Below are positions 23,928 through 37,600 of a stretch of DNA of 64,000 bases, in pieces (positions within the stretch are counted from its first letter, which is position 1; each line of letters starts with the position of its first letter). The stretch comes from Proteromonas lacertae (Eukaryota), in the NCBI GenBank assembly GCA_002245135.1, contig NGBS01001189.1:1-64000 (forward strand). Reading direction: 5' to 3'. The position numbers and the translations under genes are program-made. The notes under the pieces are model-generated. The model ran no database searches, had not been told where the DNA came from, and was given only the letters and a program-made list of their open reading frames with translations.

Positions 23928-24075
23928 TTTCATTCTTACAAAAAGTGCTTAAGTACTAGTTTTAATTCAATATTCATGTGTTAATTATGTTATTTATATT
24001 TTAATGTGTTAATAATTATATATTTTTTTGTGTATGTCAGAATTAAAAATAATCAACACAAAAACAGAATAAATA

Positions 24076-25059
24076 CTATAATTTATCTTTACTCTCATTT
24101 TTTTCTTTTTTCTTTATTTCACGAATATGTGAATCAATTCCTTTATTAGATAATTTATCTGCTTCACTATTGAATGATCTAGGAACATGTATTATTTGAG
24201 GTTTGGGATTCCAGAATGATAATAATTTCTGAATATCATTATAATACTCTTCCAAGTGTTTAGATTTTAGTTTATATTCTCCATTAATCTGTTTTGATAG
24301 TAACAAAGAATCAACAGTAATTATAAATAGAGAAGAATTTGTGCAATTTGACGGGTTTTCTTTTATTAGTATTTCTTTCAACCTTTCCAATCCAAATTTT
24401 AATGCTAAATATTCAGCAACAGTATTTGTATAATTATATCCTAGAAAATAATGATATTTATAACATTTATTCTTTATTAGATTCTCAATATAAACACCAG
24501 CTCCTGACATTCCTGGATTTCCTCTACTTGCTCCATCTGTTTGTAATATCCATTCTACTGTTTTCTTCTTGTCAAAGAGAGGAGAAGATGGAAAATAACT
24601 AAGAATGGATTTTTTGGTTGGTGTAGTTGGAGTGGCTATTCTTGAATCTTCTTCATCAGAAGATTTTTGTGACTGATAGTTGTTATCAAAATGATCTATA
24701 ACTGATTCTAATATTGGAATTTTTACCTCTGGTTCAGGAATGGGGGATGCTTTGAAAGAGGTTTGCTCAGAATCTGTTTGATTTTCACTAATCTCTTTAT
24801 TTAAATTGTTTCTTAACGTATGTTGATCCATTAGATTGTTTTCATTAAATGATTTGTGTATTGAAAGAGTTGTATCACCAACAAAATATTGAGCTTCAGA
24901 AAGCTAAAATTAAATAAATAAATTTGTTACTGTTTTGAATTTCTTGAACACTGCTCCAGGGAATCCTTTAACTTGTAGTTCTGCTTCATTCCAAGTGGCA
25001 TATACTCCAGGTCTTCTTCCAACCTTTATAGCATAATACATAGCTTTATTTTTAGGCAT
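24076..25059 (-). CDS. Ribonuclease H1 (N-terminal hybrid-binding domain + RNase HI domain; one 27-nt intron)
   Basis: YYAIKVGRRPGVYATWNEAELQVKGFPGAVFKKF; TDGASRGNPG, AEY, VDS, HVPR..NSEAD. Confidence 0.9.
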
Positions 25060-25260
25060 ATTCTTTATAAATCTACAGTATATATTGATCATATAAAGAA
25101 ATAATGAGAATTTTTGTAATTACACTTTTTGACATGTATTATGTAATTATTACCTATTAATAAAAAACAATCAAATAGACATTATATATACAATTCTTGG
25201 TATTATATTTAAACAAAACAAACAATTGAAATAAGTTAAAAATCATAATATATAATACAA

Positions 25261-25489
25261 TTACAGATAATCAATATGTGAATATCTTTCAATATCTTGT
25301 GGACTAACAACTTCTAAACTCTGATAATCTTCTAAATACTCTTCTCTTTTACAATCTAACAGATCACGAATATCTCTCTTCAGTTTCTTTCTTACATCTT
25401 GAAGTGTGTTAATTTCTTTTTCACTTATTGTTAATATATTATAATACAAACCTAAATTCCAACCAAATATTCTCAATAAATCTATTTAT

Positions 25490-25523
<34 letters not shown>

Positions 25524-27332
25524 CGGTATAAGAAAATAGTAATAACAAAATCAACTAAAATATAAATAATAGAAGAAAACAATATCTGAAAATAACCATA
25601 ATCTTTACCAAATATTACCATCAACACAACAGAATAAATAATCACAAAAACAGGTACAAATATAGCAGCAGTTATTACTTTCCAAGTACCAATGACGTCA
25701 CTTCCCGTTAATTTAACGGAACTATGTTCTTTGGCTTGTTTTGCTTTGAATTTTGATATACAGCTAATAGGTATAACAATTGGTAAAGAAAGGATTAATC
25801 CTGGAAGTGAAATTATGAAAGTAATTATCCATAATATCATATTAAATATAATACCAATTATATTGACTATTTTGTTCTTTTTCATGATAAACTATTGATA
25901 AATATTAGAATAGCAATATATAAATACATTTTCTTCTTCAATATTTAATAATTCTAATCTGTTATTATAATCTTTAATTCTATTCAACAATTCAATCATT
26001 TCAGTACTATCAGGTATTTTATGATATAATATTGTAAATAAACGAGTTAATTGAACATCTTGATTCTTTGTTAATCTCATATCTATAAATAATAATTATT
26101 ATTACTAATATATATATATATATACTAGATGGTTTATATAATTCTTTCATTGTATTTATTGCATGTAAAGTATCAAAATCTTGACATGAGATGGTTATAT
26201 CAGTGATATGATCTTTTATCTCATCTAAGAACTTTTGAACTGCTTTACGTTTAGCTTCACCACCTGTAGCAAATCTATATTAATAATAATTATAATTTAT
26301 ACTTTTCTTGTATATGTTTTGATGGATATAATGCATCACCAAACACTACACAAACTTCACTTCTAAATTCAAATGGTTTTGAATAATGTAATCCAACAGG
26401 AATAATACATAACTTTGTATTTGGATCATCATTGTAATAAGAGAGTGTCATTAATGAACAGCCAACTTTTAATGGTAATAAACTATATAATGATTATTAT
26501 ATTTTAATAATATATTTATAATTTATACTCTGGTCTATCATGGCTTCCACCTTCTGGAAATATTCCAACGTACTTTTTTTCAGACCATTTCTGTTTTACA
26601 GAATGAAAGAATTGCTCTTGATCAACCTATTGATAAATACATTATATTTAAATAATAAAAAAATACTTTTGGTAGGATAGTACAACTATTTGTTTCTATT
26701 TCTTTTAGACCATAATCATTTGTACATGTTATGGTTGTTATTCCATTCTCTGTTAGATAAGTTGCTATTTTTGAATTCATATCTAAACACTGAATCTGAC
26801 TACCAGGCGCTATTTGATATTTGGATGATACATCAACATATATCTAAACGAATAAACAATAATAAAAAATATACTTTTATTACTTTATTTTTTACTATAA
26901 TTCTTCCTTTTATCGGAATTTTCATATCTTGAGCACGATCTACTGGTATTGAGCCCATTAGGCGTGCAAACAATCCAACAAATTTTCGATGGTAAGTTAT
27001 TGCAGCAGTTACATAATGAATTTTCTGGGTAGCAACAGTCTGGACTACTAATGGGTCAATTAATTGATTGTGATGTGGCGCACAAGCTATAAGCGCGGGT
27101 GTATCTTTTGGCAAATTCTTATGACCTACAACAGTGATTTCTATGTATTAGATAATTATAACCTGTATATACTTCTAAAATAGATTCTAACAATTGTATT
27201 CACAAACAATTGAACAATTACTGATCCTTTGCTACTTATGTAGAAAGAATAGAATAATAGCAACAGTACGAATAACCCTAATATTCCCAATGCTACATAA
27301 AACAGAATATCAACTATTCCTTGAGTATCCAT
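25261..27332 (-). CDS. Glycerol-3-phosphate/DHAP acyltransferase, Sct1/Gpt2-like (spliced)
   Basis: APHHNQLIDP, IPVDRAQD, GIFPEGGSHDRP, SSVKLTGSDVIGTWK; C-terminal TM helices. Confidence 0.85.
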
Positions 27333-27406
27333 AAATAAATATCTAATACAAAAATACAGTGTATGTGGTTGTATTAATTTTAAATTCATTTTTACTGAGT
27401 TAGTGG

Positions 27407-28706
27407 ATGGGTTGCATTGTTTCTAGTGTTTTATTTTATGGTAAAAATGGTGGAAAGTAATATATTGGTGAAATTTCTTTTTATAGAACAATTGATGAAG
27501 AAAGTGAGAAATTTTCACTTGTAGCAAAAAATGAAAGTAAAATAATGCTAAATACCAAATCAGGGATTAAATTTCCAGCCATATTCTTCTCATCTATTAG
27601 GTATTTTGGTATTTCTTATATTTAGAAACAATAAAACATTAATATATTGTCATTCAAGTACTGTATGTTTAGATAAAACAATGTTACATATTGCAGAATC
27701 TTACTATTGTAACTTACATGTAATTTATTTATTTGTTTAATTAATGTAGACAGTAAATGTGATAATGTTTGAATATCCAGGATATGGTCTTGCAGAAGGA
27801 AAACCATCAGAACAAAACTTCTATGATGCATTAGATACAGTTGTGGAGTTTTGTTTAGAAAAGGATTATCCAATCAAATCATTAATATTGTATAGTCAGT
27901 TTATTTAATGAAATAGTTATGGAAGATCACTAGGAACTGCAATTGCTGCATATGGTGCAATGAAATATAATCCAGGAGGAGTATATATAAATATATTAAT
28001 AATTATAGTTGATTTTACAAAGTGCTTATACTAAACCAGTAGCTACTATTTGTCCATCATTCTGTTGTAATTCTGCCAATATGTTGACTGTAATTGATAA
28101 ACTGAAACAAGTGAATTGTAAAACATTACTTATACATGGGAAGAATGATACAGTAGTTCCATTTAAACATGCATTAGTATATTTTATTGATTTTTTTAAA
28201 TTTTATATAGAAATTATATTCAATATTGAAAGATCCATTTAAACCTCTTTGGTTGGATGATTATGGACATAATAACATTCCATATGGAGATATTGAACCA
28301 CAGAGAAGACGAGTACATATATATATACACATAATTATATATCTAGTGTTGTTTAATTCCTTGCTGTTGTAAATTTAACAAAGTCAATTCAATGACTGAG
28401 AAATACTTCAGTTATTTATTGTCATTCATATTATCTTTAGATATTTCACATACTGAAAATATATCAATGAAAAGTGATACTAATATCGATAATAAATCAG
28501 TTACTATTGCTCCAAGTGAATTGGTAATAGAAGAAGAAGGTAAAAATGAATGTGAACTTTCTGTTATTCCAAAAGAAAAAGAAGATGAAAAACTTGAATC
28601 GAAAGAGAATATGATTGAAAATAAAGAGATTAATAATATATGCGGAGAATCAAAAGACCAACTGATGGAAAAACCATCAATTGATGAAGAAGAAGAAGAA
28701 TTATAG
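27407..28706 (+). CDS. Alpha/beta hydrolase, ABHD17-like (spliced)
   Basis: MGCIVS start; YPGYG...GKPSE, YGRSLG, LQSAY, IHGKNDTVVPF.H, GHNNI; CCLIPCCC tail. Confidence 0.85.
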
Positions 28707-28815
28707 GTAGATTCTTGTAAATTTAATAGTTTTAGTTTTATTTACACAATATGATTTATAAATTAACGAAATGAATTAAATTAAAAATCACCATAACTAT
28801 CTTCTCTTATTTCAT

Positions 28816-29490
28816 TTAATTATTAGTCTTCAATTCATCTTTATCTTTTCTATTAGCATTACCCCCTCCTTCATTTACTTCTTTTTTCATTGTATATTTA
28901 TCCATCACTTCTGGATCTTTCTTTCTAGATTAATTACAAAATGATGTCAAATATACAATTCCTTTGGTAATATTATTTGATTATAGTATTTGATATATTT
29001 TTCATATTTATTTTTCATATGCTTACCGTTTTTGAAGAGAATTCTATTTAATGCTTTAAATTCTTTGTAACTCTGAAATGGATAAAATGAAACTAACGCT
29101 GCATTAAATAAATCATACGTCTCTTCATTGTATACCACAGGAGCTTGATCATTAGATATTAATTTATAAGAATTTGTCAGAACATCTTCTAAAGATTTTT
29201 GGATGTATTTAACGCCTTTATCACTCAAAGAAGGAAATAATTTTTGATAATATGAAGGAGTATTAGTTTGTTTATCGCTATTTGTATTTAGCAAACATCT
29301 ATTCACCAGTTTATTTAAATTTCTAATATCTACATAGCAACAAAATCAATACACAAATTTCAACTTTGCTGTTCTGACATTCCTCAATTCTAGTTTCTTT
29401 GAAAATTGACTATTTTCCTTATTTTCTTTTTCTATATACGTTAATATATACAATATAATTAGGAATACCCTGTAAATATTTACTCATCAT
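28816..29490 (-). CDS. Hypothetical protein (spliced)
   Basis: Several short exons separated by GT-AG mini-introns, around ORF 28947-29306. Confidence 0.5.
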
Positions 29491-29656
29491 CCACAATTCA
29501 ATAAAATGCAAAATAGAATGTGATTTACTCAAACTAAGAAGCTTGAGTGAAAAAAAGAAAAAGACGATATAATCATTAAATGATTGATAAAACCCCATAA
29601 ATACAATGTATATTGAGATAGTGAATAATGGTTCATTCATGTAATAGAAAATATCA

Positions 29657-31853
29657 TTACATGAATAAGATGAATATTAATGAGAATAACAACATATTCA
29701 GAGTATATAATCTTCCTATATTACTTGTATTATCGTCATTATTATCAACTGTTGTTGAATTATCATCATCTGGAGTAGTTACAGCTGAATTATCATCAAT
29801 TGTTGTGGTGATTGTATTATCATTTGTAGTTGTTGTTATAGTATCATCGCTTGCAGTAGTAGTTATTGTATCATCATTATTTGTAGTTATTGTTTCAATT
29901 CCATCATCACTCCATCTGTCACTTATTTCTTCTTCTTCTTTCACTTTCTTAATTCTATTTTCAAATACTTCAATTACATTATTTTTCATATTTTCGTTAC
30001 ATCCTTCATAATTATAAATTTGTAAAGCAACATATGAATGATAGAAAGGAGGACTTTTGCTATTCACAATGTACTGATTATTATAAACATCAGCTGTTGT
30101 TAAATAGCAACTATTGATTTTGTCATATGTATAATAGTAGTGATTTTCATTTTGATAAAAAAATAAGCCAACTGCTTTCATAAGGCTTGTGTTAGAATAA
30201 AAATTTGTATAAGATACTTCATTATAAAATGTAATGTCTCGATTTCCATAATAATCTGTTATATTGAAAATTAAACACTTATCATTAGGAATTGGTTTGG
30301 TATTTTTGGTAATTCGGTTAATTATTCCATTCAATTTGGTTGAATCTTCATATTCAGCTAATGGAATTGTTTTATCAGTATTATCTGATAGATCATGGAT
30401 AATCAATTTACTATCTGATCCACTTTCAGCTATGTTATATTCTCTATTTATATATTCATTAACAAGATCTTCAATCACAACTTTACATGTTGTATATTTT
30501 CCATCATCTTTTAATGGAATAAACGACTTACATAATTCATCAGAATACCCATCATCATATTCTGGTTCTACTCCACTATTTTCTTTATCAACTATCTCAT
30601 CATTTATACTCATCAATTTGCACTGATTCTATTTCAATAAAATGAATATAGTTATTATTATATATACTTGTTTTTGAATCTAATTTTAATACTAACTTAA
30701 ATTGTTCAACTTGTCTTTGACTCCATCCACTTGATTGTTCAATTATTGTTAAAGTATTATCAACAACAAAATATCCTTTATAATAACCATTTTCACCTTC
30801 TTTTACATCTTCATTATAATATCCATTTGTTGCTTTTGTTTCTTTTCTTACTTCTTCATCCAATGTACTTTCCAAACCAATTTTATTGGAAGGATTGTAA
30901 TTTTTAGCGTTATTATAAACTACGTTATATGCATTATTAAATTCAATATCAAAATCAGACCCGCTTTTGAAACATATAAAACTCCATTCATTCTGATAGT
31001 CTGAAACCATACAAATACATTTACAATCACTTTCTAAACATAGAAAAGTCATTTTACCAAAATAACTACTAATAAGAACATCTGAATAATTGCCTTTGTT
31101 AGTTATAGTAATTTCATCAAATAGACATTGAAATTTATTTGTATAATAGTTAAGTGTAATCATTTTATTATTCTTAACTCTATATGATTTATAAGGAGCA
31201 GTCATATTAAACTCATTTGTAACAGGATAAGTATCTAAACTCATATTATAAATTATATAATTAATAACATCTAAATCCACTAAGAAAAGTAGAGAAAACT
31301 AAAATAATACTTTCTTTTGAGTTTATATAAGCATTTTTATATTCTGCTCTACATTCTATCCCTTCATATTCTTTTTCTCTACATATCATTTCTGTGAAAT
31401 GTTCTATATCTGTCTTTATATTACTTATTTCAAATGGTATACATCTTAAGCTACTAATTATATACTATATTTTATAATTTATACTTATAACTATGCTCTT
31501 TTCCATAATCTGCTTCACAATGACCTAAATCACATCTTGAACTGAATAAGAATTTTGAATTAGCTCCATCAAGCATTAGGCTGTTTAATAAAATCTTATC
31601 ATTCTCAATAACTGACTGATATCTAAACACCCACTTGTAACAATAATCATAGCTTCTTTTAACTATACATATATTTTTATCATTTAAATATATTTCATAA
31701 GATTTTTTATTAACATCACCAAATGTACCACTTTGAGAAATCATTTTTATTTTCCCTCTCTTCTCAGTTGAACAATATACCTGTGCAACTAATACTATCA
31801 ACATCAAAACTATATCATATAAGCCCAGAAATTATACTTCTAATACCCTTCAT
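29657..31853 (-). CDS. Secreted/GPI-type surface protein with Thr/Asp-rich repeat stalk (spliced)
   Basis: MKGIR|ILMLIVLVAQVYCS signal peptide; Cys-containing ectodomain; degenerate DDTITTTT repeats (~29740-29900); hydrophobic C-terminus MLLFSLIFILFM with no tail. Confidence 0.7.
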
Positions 31854-32091
31854 TTTAACTGTAAACAGAAAATGAAAATGTAATTATCCCCAAAATTTTC
31901 ATTAAATTCACCTTTTTTATTCATTCAATTGATTATATGAATTAATTTCTTCTCATTGTCACGCCATCCATCGCATTAATATGAAATAGAGTGAAGAACA
32001 ACATTTCAACCTGTTTATCATTCAAAAATCTATAAAATGCAAAATAGAATATAATTCTCTCAAACATTAGGCTCGAATCCAAATGAATAAA

Positions 32092-32493
32092 ATGGCTTCT
32101 ATTGTAAGATATGCTACAGCAAAAACCACAGTACCATTCGAAAATTGTGTGAGAAGAATGGCTAATACAGACCGAATGACTGTAGCAGTTTTTGATTACT
32201 CAAATGGTCCACATCCAAAGCCTTATCCTTTCCATGCACATGTAATATTAACTTTATCATAATGAAATAAATAGCCACATTCACAAACTTCATATGTCGC
32301 TTCTGGAACAATTGACATATTTATAGGAGATGATGCTCCACAGCATTTAGAAGCTGGAGATGTATATGTTATTCCTTCAAGTATGTATTCTATATCTTAT
32401 TTTTTTGTAGATTTGAAACATTGTATTCAAGTGACAAGCGAGACAGCACGTGTAATTGAAAGTTTCACTCCAGTAAGAGAAGATTTTAAGTAA
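32092..32493 (+). CDS. Cupin, KdgF-like (two introns), absent from the ORF track
   Basis: Spliced translation ...PYPFHAHPHSQTSYVASG...LEAGDVYVIPSNLKHC...ESFTPVREDFK*. Alternative ATG at 32083. Confidence 0.8.
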
Positions 32494-32572
32494 AATTTAT
32501 TGTTTTGATGATTTATATTTAAGTATTTGTAAAAATAGTGTTACAAACATAACAAATTATTTATTATCTCTT

Positions 32573-34557
32573 TTATTTAATTTCAGCACTATATGCACTT
32601 GCTTTATGTTTTGGTACAAATCTGTAATTATCAGGAACAGGACCAAGCAACATTTCACTCACTTTAATCCAATCTTCTACTTTTTGTGATCCTAACAGAG
32701 TTTCCATATCATTTCTACCAACATACCTTGGTATTCTTTGGTTTAATATTTGTGTTGGTTGTTCCAACAATCCAACTGGAACATATCTACACAGAAAAGA
32801 CATCCATTCCAGTAAATATCTTCTTGTATTATTTACTCCTTTTTGATCACTTCCCCAATGTTCTAAACCATAATTCACATATGTTTTTAATATATCAAAC
32901 CTTTCAGATGATGAAATATCCCACTGTCTTACAAAAAAAGAAGAAAGAATCAAAGAAAATATAAATATTCAATAAAAATATAAAAAAATGATATTTCTTT
33001 CTTTTATTTCTGTACAAAGCCATGGTTTAATTAATACACCTCTTCCAATCATACTACCTGGAATACCATCTTTCTCAATATGATCATACCATTCCTAAAT
33101 TACAACAATAATAAATAATATATGACAATACTGTATAATTGAAGATATCACCATTACCAATAACTGGGAATTGTTTCTCATCTTCAGTTTGTGCTTTTAT
33201 ACATTGAGATACATAATTCCAATCAGCTAACTTTGCATATCTTTGTGCTCTTGTTCTGCCATGAATACATAAACATGAAATTCTTTCATTATTTAATCCT
33301 CTCCATTTCTGAATGTCAGGAATCCATTCATGTAAAACAGGAGTTTTATCCCAAGAAATTCTTGTTTTTAAAACTAATGGAATATCTTTCAAACCTGTTA
33401 AAAAACCTTCAACTACATCTTTCATTTTGTTTTTTCTTTGCAATAAAGCAGCACCACATCCTGTTTTGTTTAATGCATCTATTGGACAGCCAGCATTTAA
33501 ATCAACAAAATCTACTGATAATGTTTTACGAATAATCTATTTTTATAATAATTATAATTGATTATTATATATATATATATTCTATACATCACCAACATCT
33601 CTCATTACTCTTCCATTACTTCCTGCAATTTGCACTCCAAATGTCTTTTCACATGGATGACGTTTCAATAATGCCCACTCACTTGATTGCCCTTTCAATA
33701 TATTATAACTAACTGCCATTTCACCTGTTGTAATATCAGCACCATAATCTACACAAATACGTCTAAATGGTAAATTACCTACTGTTGTTAGTGGAGCAAT
33801 ATAAACTTTGCCTTTAAAATCAATTGGTTTAACTTCTGCTTCACCTAATGCACCAACTGGTTTTTCATATGTATCAAATACATATTCCTTCTTTCTTATT
33901 TTTATCATTGTATCAAACAGGTTTGTGTTTAATTCTTGTGGAAGTGGAGTTTGTTCTTCTGGTGGTTTGAATAATAAGGATGGAGTTTCTCTCATTATAT
34001 GACAATCACCAAAACGACAGTTGTAACCATCTGGACAATAACCTGTTAATTTCTATTTAATTGTAAAAAAATAAAGTATAAATGAAAATATACAAAAACA
34101 TGACATTCTGAACCAAGATCTGGTGGTTTTGAAGCTAAATAGGCTTTTACATCATGAGTTTTTGTACAATTTGGATTAGTACACTCTTTTCCTTGTGCAA
34201 CTGTTCGACACTACAATGTAACGAGTATTTATACCAATTCATTCAGATTCTTTTCCAAACCAACATCTTTATGTGATCTTTTGCCTTTCTTTACTTCACC
34301 TGTTTCAATTTTTATCTTCTTAGTTCCATCTATATATCTTATCAATAATTACAATACCTTCTGATTCCAACTCAGTTACAGCTTTTCTTTTCTCGGCTGG
34401 AGGTTCAACATAAATGAATCTGTTATTAAATAGGACAACAAGTTATACTCTGCTTTAATTTTCAAATCTTCAACCCTAGTATCTTCTGTCTTGGATTTAG
34501 TATCTTCCTTAGGTTTAGAGTCAGACCTTAATATGAAATAAATAATTAAACATACAT
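32573..34557 (-). CDS. DUS3: tRNA-dihydrouridine(47) synthase with CCCH zinc fingers (spliced)
   Basis: [72 protein letters not shown]. Confidence 0.93.
32929..32994 (-). other. Minor-type AT-AA intron, 66 nt
   Basis: AGA A|ATATCATTT...TTCTTTGAT...TGTAA|GA CAG restores [21 protein letters not shown], collinear with the DUS3 consensus. Confidence 0.82.
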
Positions 34558-34685
34558 TTAAGGAGAAAAAGACAAAATTAGAAAAAAAGAGCTTGATATG
34601 TCCAAGCTCGAATGTAATTATTACACCTTTTACAAAACAGAGGTAATACATAAATTAAACAACAAATAAAGAAGTATATATTAAT

Positions 34686-37600
34686 TTAATGAAATTTATT
34701 AAATTGTGTATTCAATTCATATAAATATTTTCTTATAGTTTCAGGAGTTGATCCTTTTAATGGCAATTCTACTGACATTTCTGAAGTAGGAGGAGATACT
34801 TCAATAGTTGAAGAATTAATCAGCTCAACCCACTTACTTACAACTTCACTACTATCATTCTTAAATTGTAGATATGGTTTTGATTTACTCACTACATTCG
34901 TTTCAGAATAGAATCTAGCTATAACAATGATTTTATTACGAGTTGGATTAACAGTAAAATGAGTTTTATTTTTCTATTATAATAAAAATATAACTATACT
35001 GGATCAATCATTGCTTTAACACATGATAATGGAATTATACAGGCTGGAATACCCAACTGAGTGTTATGATAAATATATAAGCAATTACCACTTAACAACA
35101 TATGCTTATCAAAATATTGATGTAAATTACCAGTTTTATAATATATTTGACTAGAATATAATATACGTCTTGGATATGGATATTGCATCTTTGATAATTC
35201 AGGATTCATTGGAAATCCTGGTCTTAGAATATCTACAAAAGTATGTAAGATTTTATCACTAAATGATAAACAAGTAACACCTGTTTCACTGGATAAATAA
35301 CAATGCGGATAATCAGGCAAACAAGAGATTGGTTCTGTTAAAATGATTTGAATATTTGTTCCATTCTGTTGTATCTTTGATATTTGATGATATGGCACTT
35401 CCCATACAATACATAATAGATTTGGATCTTCATTATCTAATAACATTATACGTTTTCTGGTTAATAACAATGCATAATCTAATTCTGTTCTACTACTTCT
35501 ATCCAAATTCATTATATTTATTTCACTGTACATTTCACAAGATTCATCATAATATTTACCTTTGAATAAATTGAATAATATTTCATTACCTAAACTTCGA
35601 TCATTATCATAACATAATAATTCTCCATTTTCACCAAATACCCTTGGTAATCTTATCCAACTATTAGAATCTTCACTTTCTTGACTTCCTTTCAATTTGA
35701 ATATATTTTTCACTGATGATTGTAAACCTTCAGTTGTTTTACTCATCAAATCTAATACACCAACTACTGGTTTAATTCCCACACCCAGTAAACCTTTTAC
35801 TGCACCTTTAGCAAAACCAGTAACTCCATGTTTCTTTGCTCCTTTGTATGGATCATAAACTATTCCACTAATTCCATCCCATATTCCTTTACCTGCCATT
35901 TTCAAACCTTGTTTGAATCCTTCTGTACTTGATTTAGAGTATTTGTTTAATGATACATTTCTTTGACTTTTGTAAGTTGAATTGAATGTCATTGATGCTA
36001 ATAATGTACCTACACTTCTTGTAAATTTATTTCCACTATTACTGAACTATTTATAAATATATAAACAAATAAAACATTATACTCCTTCCATTGTATTACC
36101 AATCAATTGAAACAATGTTGAACCAATATCATCATCTCCTATAATTACATCTTGAACACTGTTTGAGAATTTAGAAAGTAAATATCTTGGATTACCTAAG
36201 AAATCTAAACTTCCAATGATTTTGTATGTTTGAGTCAAACATTGGAATGTGTAATGTTTCAACAACGAAATTAACAATTTCTTTGGTGAACAACTTACTG
36301 ATGATAATTGAAAACTTTCTAATGTCATTTTTGTTTCATCAAATGTCACTCCTAATGTTGTTATTAATCTATAAATATTAAAGATATGATCAAAATATAC
36401 GTTTCTGAAGTTTTACCACTGTTTTTAATTGTAATAATTCCACTTAATGGAGAAATTACAAATGATTCAATAAACATCTAAATGAGGATAATAATAACGA
36501 TATATACTCTAGTCCATCTTCTCTGTTTTAACTTCACTTTGAATGTATGATAATTCCATTGATAATCATCATCTAATTCCTCTGGATCTTCTGCAGATTC
36601 GTTGATAATAAAAGTAATAATTTCTTGTATTATACTAGCTTCATAATATATTCCAAACAAATCAACTAATTTGATTAATAAACATTCATCTAAATATATT
36701 TCTACTGGAATAACCCAAAAGTTGAATTGATTAATGTATAACATTTTAGATAATCCTGGTCGACTATTGAAACATTAATTACATAATAATTATAGATATA
36801 CAATAAAGCACATGAATGAATAGCTGGAACAAATCCATGTCTGGCTGTTTGATTATTATCATTCTTCACCAAATCAGTATTTAACGAATGACAAAAATCA
36901 CATTTCATTGGCTCAGAACTTGTATAAGCACATGTCTGTAACATCACTGGATATAATGCATTTCTTGCTGGAACATCAAACTGTAATCTTCTCACTGTCA
37001 TTATACACTGAGTCCAAATTCCTGATGTTATTAGTTTAATAGTTATTCCTGTTATTGCACCATATATAAGTTCTTTTGGTTCTTTTGTTATTATGGAAAA
37101 TCCAGCTCCAATTACATTCACTGTTGTTTCAATACCATTATAAAGGGATGAAATTAAATTCTCATGACTTCTCCTTATTGTACCAATAACACCTTCAGAT
37201 ATTTCTAATATTTTCTTTGGTCCATCTGAATATAACTCAACAAATACTGGAACTTTCTTAATACAAAATGGCAATTGCTGTAATGCTGGATTTATACTGT
37301 AGTAATCTGCACTTGATTCATTCACTTCTTTATTGTATGGTGAAATACAAGCATTTCTCAATAAATCTATCCAATACAATGACTGATCAACTGTTGATGC
37401 TCTTATTTTGATTATTCTACACTTTGTTAATATATAGAATATTGGAGAATGAACAATTGTACATGAATTAAACAAGAATGTTTCTTTGTGAAGTGGGAAA
37501 TTTGGTGTTTTTGATTGAGGTTTTAAATAATCTATAATTTATAAAATATAAATGAAGATACATATATATATATATACTCAATCTAATCAATTTCTTCAGG

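Noticed and set aside
24076..25059. RNase H as a retroelement remnant
   Set aside because: It has a hybrid-binding domain and an intron, with no RT, integrase or LTRs nearby; it is a cellular RNase H1.
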